42,222 bases of DNA from an uncultured Candidatus Saccharibacteria bacterium (GTDB lineage Bacteria; Patescibacteriota; Minisyncoccia; Phycocordibacterales; PALSA-1337), in NCBI GenBank assembly GCA_964349525.1, contig CAYGGI010000002.1, forward strand, positions 1-42,222, read 5' to 3'. Numbering within the stretch: the stretch's first letter is position 1; every line of letters begins with the position of its first letter. The notes beneath the pieces are model-generated. The model was not told the origin of the DNA. It did not search any database and worked only from the letters and a program-made list of their open reading frames with translations. Position numbers and translations under genes: made by a program. This document shows positions 35,655 through 42,222 of this stretch, piece by piece.

Positions 35655-36587
35655 TTATTTATGAATTGGCTCAAATTGAGTAACTTTTTCCTGAAAGAAG
35701 AAGCCAATGATTGGTAGGGCTTTTCTTGCCTCCGAATCCCCCAAGCCTTTTAGATTGCTAATCTCAGTAGTGGTATCCAAAGAAAACTTTCCATTTGCAA
35801 CCGAAGGACTAATCCTGTGGATGTTAGTATGACCAGCTAGTAATTGCGCTGTCCCCAATGATGCTGATGATTGAGCGGTCATGAATACTTTCACTGCTTT
35901 ACATGCCCAGTACGCTTTACCCATAGGCACTGATCGGGCGATACCGATATCCAAGGGTTCAGTGGTGCATCCAAGACTCAACACCTTTATGTCATCCTTT
36001 GCCCACTCCAAAACTCCGATTCCTTCGACTACTGCCATACCCATAGGGTTATTCGCCCAAACACCCCCATCAATTAAAGGTACACCCGCCGTAGAGTGAT
36101 ATGTTGGGAAATAAGAAGGGGCAGCACTTGTAGCCATTGCGATGTCAACAGCTTTTTCCTTAAAATCTCTTCTAAATCTATCGTGGTGGGAAGTTTTGTA
36201 GACATGTACTTCACCAGTCTCTAGATTCACACTTGGTATAACCAGACGATTTTTGCTCTCACCAAGCTTGCGTTCACTGAATTTATCAACTAGTGCTGAC
36301 CGCAGAGCACCATTGTCGTATTTTGCAAAACCTATACTTCTCAGTATCTTCATAAACCCGTTCCCTCCGAAGACAGTAGGCCCCAACTCCTCATAAAATT
36401 GGAGCATTTGTTTTGCCGAATACCCCATGCCGATACCGAGCGCTATAATTCCGCCCGTTGAAGTGCCAACTATGAGATCAAAATATTCGGATATGTTTTT
36501 TCCTGTAGTCTCCTCAATTGAGGCTAGGAAAGAAGCCGGAAATACACCCTTTATACCACCACCATCGATAGAGAGAATTTTTTTCAT
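35655..36587 (-). CDS. capV: patatin-like phospholipase (CapV-like CBASS effector)
   Basis: Oxyanion hole DGGGIKG, nucleophile GTSTGG, catalytic DGGVWANNP. I prefer the ATG at 36587 (MKKILSIDGGG) to the GTG at 36644. Confidence 0.85.
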   Translation of the reverse strand: MKKILSIDGGGIKGVFPASFLASIEETTGKNISEYFDLIVGTSTGGIIALGIGMGYSAKQMLQFYEELGPTVFGGNGFMKILRSIGFAKYDNGALRSALVDKFSERKLGESKNRLVIPSVNLETGEVHVYKTSHHDRFRRDFKEKAVDIAMATSAAPSYFPTYHSTAGVPLIDGGVWANNPMGMAVVEGIGVLEWAKDDIKVLSLGCTTEPLDIGIARSVPMGKAYWACKAVKVFMTAQSSASLGTAQLLAGHTNIHRISPSVANGKFSLDTTTEISNLKGLGDSEARKALPIIGFFFQEKVTQFEPIHK

Positions 36588-36662
36588 TTGTTTTCCCAAC
36601 TGATATTTATAAATGAGAACCGTTGGCGTTCCAAATAATGTCACTAGAAATTATTTAGCGCA

Positions 36663-36691
36663 ATCGTAGCACCTCCTCTCATCGAAATCAA
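36663..36691 (-). promoter_or_regulatory. candidate promoter TTGATT-N17-TACGAT for the capV-NTase operon
   Basis: The minus strand reads ttgatt-17 nt-tacgat, and the palindrome 36700-36713 lies 8 nt upstream of the -35. Confidence 0.4.
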
Positions 36692-36699
36692 GTAAACTT

Positions 36700-36713
36700 A
36701 CTGTATTTACAGT
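36700..36713. promoter_or_regulatory. palindromic operator candidate ACTGTA-tt-TACAGT
   Basis: Perfect 6-2-6 inverted repeat (CTGT-N4-ACAG core) centred between the two divergent -35 boxes. Confidence 0.5.
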
Positions 36714-36718
36714 GGTCA

Positions 36719-36747
36719 TTGACAAATAATCAAATTTTTCATAGAAT
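36719..36747 (+). promoter_or_regulatory. near-consensus promoter TTGACA-N17-TAGAAT for the LexA-like gene
   Basis: -35 at 36719-36724 and -10 at 36742-36747. Confidence 0.6.
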
Positions 36748-36767
36748 GAGGTTACATTAACCTCATT
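36745..36767. promoter_or_regulatory. 23-bp palindrome AATGAGGTTA-cat-TAACCTCATT overlapping the -10/TSS
   Basis: Perfect 10-bp arms. It ends 2 nt before the ATG at 36770. Confidence 0.55.
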
Positions 36768-36769
36768 TT

Positions 36770-37426
36770 ATGAAACCCGCTTTAACATCGAAACAGCAGA
36801 ATATATATTCTTACATTCGTCAATACTTAAACAAGAACTCGCAGTCCCCTACTTTATCTGAGATACGATCTTTTCTTTGTGTTGGATCATTGAATACTGT
36901 GATTGACCATTTAAAAGCCTTGGAACAAAAGGGTTACATTATTCGACGCAAGCATATGAAACGAAATATTGCAATTAGAGATGTGGACTCTACAAATTCA
37001 ATTAATTGGACTGTATCTATTCCCGTGATGGCGTCCGTAGGATGCGATAATCTTAATGTATTCGCAGAGGATAAATATGACGAGTCTATTGATGTAGATA
37101 AAAAACTTATTGAAGGTAAGGGTGATATTGTTGCCGTTCGTGCTGTGGGTAATAGCATGTATGATGCTGATATACATGACGGTGATTACGTCCTAATTGC
37201 TCTCACAGATGTTGCGGAAAATGGAGATCGAATCGCGGCGGTCATCGGAGATATGGTTACTGTTAAGCGTTATGAAAAAAGAGGAGGAGTTACAATCCTA
37301 AGACCCGAATCCAAGGATCCAAAATATAAACCAATCATCTTAAATGAAGATTTTAAAATTGCTGGCAAAGTTATTTGTTCGATACCTGGTAATAGTATGG
37401 ATATAAGTGAGGTGGTACCTCTTTAA
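36770..37426 (+). CDS. lexA: LexA-like repressor (LexA winged-helix DNA-binding domain + S24 self-cleaving peptidase)
   Basis: The N-terminus LTSKQQNIYSYIRQY..PTLSEIRSF..HLKALEQKGYI aligns with E. coli LexA. It has the Ser motif VGNSM and the Lys motif VTVKR. Confidence 0.88.
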   Translation: MKPALTSKQQNIYSYIRQYLNKNSQSPTLSEIRSFLCVGSLNTVIDHLKALEQKGYIIRRKHMKRNIAIRDVDSTNSINWTVSIPVMASVGCDNLNVFAEDKYDESIDVDKKLIEGKGDIVAVRAVGNSMYDADIHDGDYVLIALTDVAENGDRIAAVIGDMVTVKRYEKRGGVTILRPESKDPKYKPIILNEDFKIAGKVICSIPGNSMDISEVVPL

Positions 37427-37452
37427 ATAAATAAAAAACCAGCTGTATAAAG

Positions 37453-39792
37453 TTATAAAATTAAATTTCCCCACTCCTCCCAGTCATCCTTCTCACACTT
37501 CTCCCAGTTGTATTTTGAGTCGTCATTGATCAACCACGCCTTGTTATGCTCAATGACAATGCCACCGAACAACTTTTTATTTTTCTGCTGCATAAAATAT
37601 TTCTGAAGTGCCTCGGCCTTTGCTTTCGTATAGTTCAAACCGTCACGATCGTTCTTTTCCTTCACCTCAACAATGCCCAATCGGCCGTCTTTGAGCTGGA
37701 CTAGGTAGTCCGGATAGAACGTGTAAATAGCGCCTTGATACTCGTATTTAAGGCCGAAATAGTCCAATTTGCTTTCTCCATTCTTCCACCACCAAACGAT
37801 TTTTGCCGAATTTGTACCCAGAAAAGTCTCGAACGCCCTCTCAGGCTGTGAACGATCAACATTGAGGTAACAAGGTTCGTACGCGTAATTTTTGGTCTTC
37901 ACCCGTTCATCGGCATATTCGTTGTAAAACTGCTCAGGTCTAAGTTCGAAGTTATAGAATTGTTCGCTTTCCTCGACGCGTTCCCGGACCTCCGTTTCCT
38001 TGACACCCTTGTAGAGATCAATAGCTCTGGAGAGAATATGCTCAAAAATACCACGATTCTTGTCGTGCATAAATATTTTCTGGGTCATGAACATTTCATC
38101 GTCCCATTCTTTTGATCCGACAGCCTTTCTGAACCAAAGATAAATAGCGGTCTTCACGGTAGGTATAGAGCGCTTCACGTTCTTGAATGATCCGAGGTTA
38201 TTTTTGATCGTTTGCTCAAAGAAAAGTTGCAATTCACCAGCGGCGACCGTGAGTTTTGCCATTGCATCGGCGGAGATATTACCTTCCATGCCATCGAAGG
38301 ATTTGGCATCGATATGAGTATCAGCTATAAGCTCCTGCTGGTATTTCTTGATATTGAGATCAATGCCAACCTTTTCAATCAGCTTTATAGATTCCTCGGA
38401 GCCACCTTTCTTCAGCCCAAAATAGGCATCTGCAACCTTCGCGAATACAGGATTGAAGCTCGATGTGACATCACCATAATCAGCGCGAGTTTTATAATAC
38501 GATTCGAGTTTGATCGGTTTGTAGTCCTGTGTCAGTACCGCTCGCAAATGTTTAATGATATTCGGGTTGTATTCCTCCTTCTTTACCTCAATAGACCTGA
38601 GATTAGTATAAATGTAGCCGCGATTAAGTATTTCGTTCTGGTAATGCTTCTGTTCCGGCATACGCAAAATACGACCAACGGTTTGTATCTCGAACGGAAT
38701 GCTATGCGTCTCACGGAATTTCACCAGTATGTGTGCACGAGGACAGTCCCAGCCGGTATCGATCGCTTGTTTGAATATCAAAAACTCTATTTCATTGTCC
38801 GGTTCGGCGACCCAATCGATGAGCTCTGATTTTTCTTCAGCTAACCAGATAGCGAGCTTACCGTTTCCAGACTTTCCTTTGCGCTCAGTAATGCTCTTAT
38901 CGCCCAAGAATTTCTTCACCGCAGCAATCTTCTGATCACCGGCTTCGGCCGTCGGTATCTGGACCAAGACAAGTGGATTGACGTCTGACCCTTCTTTCTC
39001 GAATGCTTTCTTGATTTCCAGGCGCTTGCGATAGGCAGCTTCGAGAACAGTGGCTTGTGAGTCATCTTCAGAGGTAGCAATCTTTCCGATGTCTTCGTTA
39101 ATTATGAGCTCCTTCTTGATCATACCTTCGTCAATCACATCTTTTGGCTCGACCATGACGTAGCCAGCACCACCTCTGGCAAGTTCCTGGATAAAACCAA
39201 GCTCCTGCTGTGGTCGACGAGGAGTAGCACTCATTTCAAGTACAATATCTGCACCGATGAGGTCGCGGAGCTCATTCGCCCGAGCAGTGTCTGCACTCAC
39301 ATGGCTTTCGTCGATAATGAGGATAGTCTTGCGCTGTTCCCGTGTCTTTTCAAGGACATCTCGGAAGTTGAGTTTTTCTCCTTCCTTCATGACTAGGTTT
39401 TTCCAGTCACCGGATGCACGATCTTTACTTCGAAGCTTCTCCCAGTTTGCCACGACGACTTCGTTCTGGACTATTCGTTCTCGGCCACCACTGAATTCTT
39501 CCTCAACAGAAACCACGCGCGGAAAACCACCGAATATTTTTTCGAGTGAGTGTTTACTTTGGAGATGCAGATCGCCCTTACCAATACTCATCCAGATAAA
39601 GCAGAAATCTTCCTGCGGTAATTCCTTAATAATCCCTTCGATAAATTTAGCCATCATGACAGTCTTGCCGGAGCCGGTAGGTGCTTGGAAAACACAGACC
39701 TCACCTGGACCGTCATACGAAAGAAGCCTGACCGTTGTCTCGATCAGCTTATCCACCGCTTTTTCCTGATATGGTTTAAGGTCAATACTCAT
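37453..39792 (-). CDS. res: Type III restriction enzyme Res subunit (SF2 helicase + PD-(D/E)xK nuclease)
   Basis: Motif I APTGSGKT, motif II IIDESH, motif III SAT, motif VI QTVGRILR, and C-terminal PDYLV..IVEVKE. The start at 39792 overlaps the mod stop by 11 nt. Confidence 0.85.
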   Translation of the reverse strand: MSIDLKPYQEKAVDKLIETTVRLLSYDGPGEVCVFQAPTGSGKTVMMAKFIEGIIKELPQEDFCFIWMSIGKGDLHLQSKHSLEKIFGGFPRVVSVEEEFSGGRERIVQNEVVVANWEKLRSKDRASGDWKNLVMKEGEKLNFRDVLEKTREQRKTILIIDESHVSADTARANELRDLIGADIVLEMSATPRRPQQELGFIQELARGGAGYVMVEPKDVIDEGMIKKELIINEDIGKIATSEDDSQATVLEAAYRKRLEIKKAFEKEGSDVNPLVLVQIPTAEAGDQKIAAVKKFLGDKSITERKGKSGNGKLAIWLAEEKSELIDWVAEPDNEIEFLIFKQAIDTGWDCPRAHILVKFRETHSIPFEIQTVGRILRMPEQKHYQNEILNRGYIYTNLRSIEVKKEEYNPNIIKHLRAVLTQDYKPIKLESYYKTRADYGDVTSSFNPVFAKVADAYFGLKKGGSEESIKLIEKVGIDLNIKKYQQELIADTHIDAKSFDGMEGNISADAMAKLTVAAGELQLFFEQTIKNNLGSFKNVKRSIPTVKTAIYLWFRKAVGSKEWDDEMFMTQKIFMHDKNRGIFEHILSRAIDLYKGVKETEVRERVEESEQFYNFELRPEQFYNEYADERVKTKNYAYEPCYLNVDRSQPERAFETFLGTNSAKIVWWWKNGESKLDYFGLKYEYQGAIYTFYPDYLVQLKDGRLGIVEVKEKNDRDGLNYTKAKAEALQKYFMQQKNKKLFGGIVIEHNKAWLINDDSKYNWEKCEKDDWEEWGNLIL

Positions 39793-41467
39793 AAATTTGT
39801 TTATAGACATCCAATATCTTCTGCGGGATTGGTTCAAGTGTCACATTATCCCATCCCTTGAAATCCTTTTTATCCAAGCCCAAAGGATCAAGGGTAAAAC
39901 AGTAGAGGACTTTATCTCCCTCGAGCTTATCTAAATCATTCTTCAAGTCTTTCAGATCGGCACGTTCGAGCGCATAGTATGCGGCAAATATCTTGTTTCC
40001 ATGTTGGAAAATCCGATATTCAGTTTTACTTTTCAACTCGTCAAAAATGTTCTCGCGCAAGCAAAGCATTTCTGTGCATTCTTCAGTAATCTTTCGTTTT
40101 GCATCATCAGGATTCGCCGTATTTTTAATAAATTTAGTTTTAAAATATTTAAGAGAACTGCCTAGACCCTCAATCGATTCCGCTTTCTTATTTTTGTATC
40201 CATTGATGATCCGCTTTATCCTCTCATAAGTTATTTTTTCACAGATATTATTCTCATTGTTTGTGCACATGATAAAACGTCTCGAACCTTTGTCTGCGGT
40301 GTTCATCTCCATGACAGCATGTCCGGTAGTACCTGAACCAGCAAAGAAGTCCAAAACTACAGCATCCTTCTTGTCACCAATTAAAGGTAAGAGACTATCG
40401 TATACGGTATGGATAGATTTCGGGAAATCAAATTCACAATTTGGAATGATCGATTTCAATAATTTTGTGCCGTACTCACTAGCATCATATTTTTTATCAG
40501 TCCAGACTGTTTTGTACGTACCATAATCTTTCGCAATAAATATATTCCATATACCTTTCTTGTTTTTTTCTAGTCTTAGAAAATCCATGATGCCCTCGAC
40601 ACTTTGTCTGGCATATCGCCATTTTCTTTCAACACCCTTCTCATCCACCGGCCATATCCATATTTCCTTGCCGTTAACTTCATTCGAAGTTTTTGGATGA
40701 AAATTATCTTTGGCCACATCTCCAAAACCGACAATCTCACTATCCTTAACTTTGATTGGATAGAAGCAATTTTTAGCATCGGTCCTAAGAGATTCCGCAC
40801 CCCAATTTCTCAAGTTGGAGACGTACATTTCTGACTCACTAAGCGTTTTATCACTTATCGTTTTCTTGTCTCTTGGGAGAACAAATACTGCATACTCGTG
40901 CACATAAGAAAAGTTTGTACCTTGGACACCTTTTGGATTATGCGAAATGACAATCGAATGAACATCTGAGTTGGGGAATATGTTTTCAAGAAGAAGAACA
41001 AGTCGAGCATGTTCATTTTCATCAATCGCACATATGAGCACTCCATTTTCCGATAATAGTTTTTTAGCAAGCAGAAGCCTCTTACTCATAAATGACAGCC
41101 ATTTGCTGTGACGATATTCATCATCACCATCTACAAAATCATTATTGTAAAGCCAATTTTTTGCTCCTGTGTTATAAGGTGGATCAATATAAATCACATC
41201 AATCTTGCCTTGATGTGTGAAATTCAAAACCGAAAGCGCATGATAATTGTCACCTTCTATGAGAATATTAATCGGCTTTGATGTATCCTTATCGGCGATT
41301 TCCTTACCTTTCACTTCTTTAAGAATTGGTAAGGCATTTTGAGCGTCTTTCTCAAACTGCTCTTTAACTTTTTCCTCATCCCAGATAAGCCCATATTTTT
41401 TACGGGATTCTAGTTTCTCAACGATTTTTATAAGTTCTTCTTTCGATAATTTGTTATATTTGTCCAT
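39782..41467 (-). CDS. mod: Type III Mod DNA methyltransferase (beta-class N6A/N4C)
   Basis: Motif IV IYIDPPYNTG lies upstream of motif I LDFFAGSGTTGHA. I prefer the start at 41467 (MDKYNKLSKEEL). Confidence 0.88.
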   Translation of the reverse strand: MDKYNKLSKEELIKIVEKLESRKKYGLIWDEEKVKEQFEKDAQNALPILKEVKGKEIADKDTSKPINILIEGDNYHALSVLNFTHQGKIDVIYIDPPYNTGAKNWLYNNDFVDGDDEYRHSKWLSFMSKRLLLAKKLLSENGVLICAIDENEHARLVLLLENIFPNSDVHSIVISHNPKGVQGTNFSYVHEYAVFVLPRDKKTISDKTLSESEMYVSNLRNWGAESLRTDAKNCFYPIKVKDSEIVGFGDVAKDNFHPKTSNEVNGKEIWIWPVDEKGVERKWRYARQSVEGIMDFLRLEKNKKGIWNIFIAKDYGTYKTVWTDKKYDASEYGTKLLKSIIPNCEFDFPKSIHTVYDSLLPLIGDKKDAVVLDFFAGSGTTGHAVMEMNTADKGSRRFIMCTNNENNICEKITYERIKRIINGYKNKKAESIEGLGSSLKYFKTKFIKNTANPDDAKRKITEECTEMLCLRENIFDELKSKTEYRIFQHGNKIFAAYYALERADLKDLKNDLDKLEGDKVLYCFTLDPLGLDKKDFKGWDNVTLEPIPQKILDVYKQIYEY

Positions 41468-41573
41468 GTGTATGCCTATCGCAAGTATAGATGACTTACA
41501 TACTATCATTTTTAGACTAAATTGCCATTATATTTTGCCTCAAGTGCTAAGTATGCTAAAATCATCACAACCT

Positions 41574-42035
41574 ATGAAATACCTCAAAAAACTCAAAATT
41601 GAATTTGTTAAGGGTGAATTCAAAAACCCTATCAAGGGCCAAGTCCGTGAACCTCAACAGATCTATCAGGTTTTTAAAGATGTAAAAGACTGGACAAAAG
41701 AAACGCTTATCGGCGTGTTTCTGGATGATAAGCTCGAGCTCAATAGCTATGAGATTATTACTATTGGCGGTGAAAGTGTTACTCTTGTTCTTCCTGACGA
41801 GATCTTCCGTAGTGCAATACTGACCAACTCACGCAATTTCATATTGATCCACAACCACCCGTCTGGTAAAGCTGAACCTTCGGAAGATGATAAAGAAGTA
41901 ATAAGAGTCCTCAAGCAACAAGCGCAAGTGATGAAGCGATCATTTCTAGATTTTATTATCGTCGGAGATGATAAATACTGGAGTATGTTTGAAGAAATGG
42001 ATGGTGGAGAGTATGGATTGGGCTCGCCAGAATAA
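41574..42035 (+). CDS. radC: RadC-like JAB/JAMM domain protein (short, 153 aa)
   Basis: JAMM motif LIHNHPSGKAEPSEDD. The ATG at 41574 lies 11 nt after TGcTAAAAT. Confidence 0.85.
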   Translation: MKYLKKLKIEFVKGEFKNPIKGQVREPQQIYQVFKDVKDWTKETLIGVFLDDKLELNSYEIITIGGESVTLVLPDEIFRSAILTNSRNFILIHNHPSGKAEPSEDDKEVIRVLKQQAQVMKRSFLDFIIVGDDKYWSMFEEMDGGEYGLGSPE

Positions 42036-42038
42036 ATT

Positions 42039-42064
42039 AGTGGATCAAAAATCCACTTTTATTT
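42039..42064 (+). terminator. rho-independent terminator of radC
   Basis: agtggat (42039-42045) pairs with atccact (42051-42057), followed by a T-rich tail. Confidence 0.7.
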
Positions 42065-42222
42065 TATATTTTCAATAATTACAACACAAAAAATATATTT
42101 CTACCTAATTTTCATTTACAAAATCAAAAGTCCATTCTGTAACTATGATTTTTGTTTCAACTTCGATTTTTCTCGAAAATAAATATCCTTATTTAGCTTC
42201 ACAGAAACGACTACTTTTTTGC

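Noticed and set aside
38212-39769. 205-aa and 170-aa plus-strand ORFs inside res.
   Set aside because: They are antisense to a gene with complete SF2 helicase motifs.
42142-42222. Possible 3' end of a minus-strand gene running off the right edge (about 25 codons, ...KDIYFREKSKLKQKS).
   Set aside because: It is too short and AT-rich to support, with no motif.
1-42222. Scan for CRISPR arrays, rRNA genes, IS elements or transposases, and integrases.
   Set aside because: I saw no regularly spaced direct repeats, no rRNA signatures, and no DDE or tyrosine/serine recombinase-like ORFs in any frame.

Overview
The window is a compact, gene-dense bacterial fragment with many overlapping or abutting genes. 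By inference only, it looks like a small-genome monoderm, possibly Patescibacteria/CPR-like. Nt 1-28.7 kb is mostly core: sensor kinase, yqeY, rmuC, rplU, recR, dnaB, aspS, scpA-scpB-ftsW, murG, and a peptidoglycan-tailoring cluster (M23 peptidase, DUF192-FemX, alr-ATP-grasp, asnB, MurE-like), then gltX. AT-rich patches interrupt it, including a methyltransferase/epimerase pair and a small-protein/retropepsin-like protease pair. Many genes have a TGnTAnAnT extended -10 box only 6-10 nt before the start codon, which predicts leaderless mRNAs. From about 28.7 kb to the right edge the content is accessory. (i) A roughly 5.5 kb inovirus-like (filamentous ssDNA phage) prophage has canonical order: gene-V-like ssDNA-binding protein, small coat proteins, pIII-like, pVI-like, Zot/pI ATPase, intergenic hairpin, HUH Rep. 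It has no secretin or integrase and carries an internal tRNA-like cloverleaf. (ii) Eighteen nt beyond Rep lies an AT-rich defence island. It holds a two-gene CBASS-like module (patatin/CapV-like phospholipase plus a SMODS nucleotidyltransferase with a large C-terminal extension). A LexA-like S24 repressor with palindromic operators is transcribed divergently from it. A Type III Mod-Res pair and a stand-alone RadC/JAB protein follow. I also flag two candidate structured noncoding RNAs, a leaderless 27-codon sORF upstream of an ABC exporter, and a 26-nt phage/chromosome repeat. All functional calls rest on motifs read by eye; no database search was possible.
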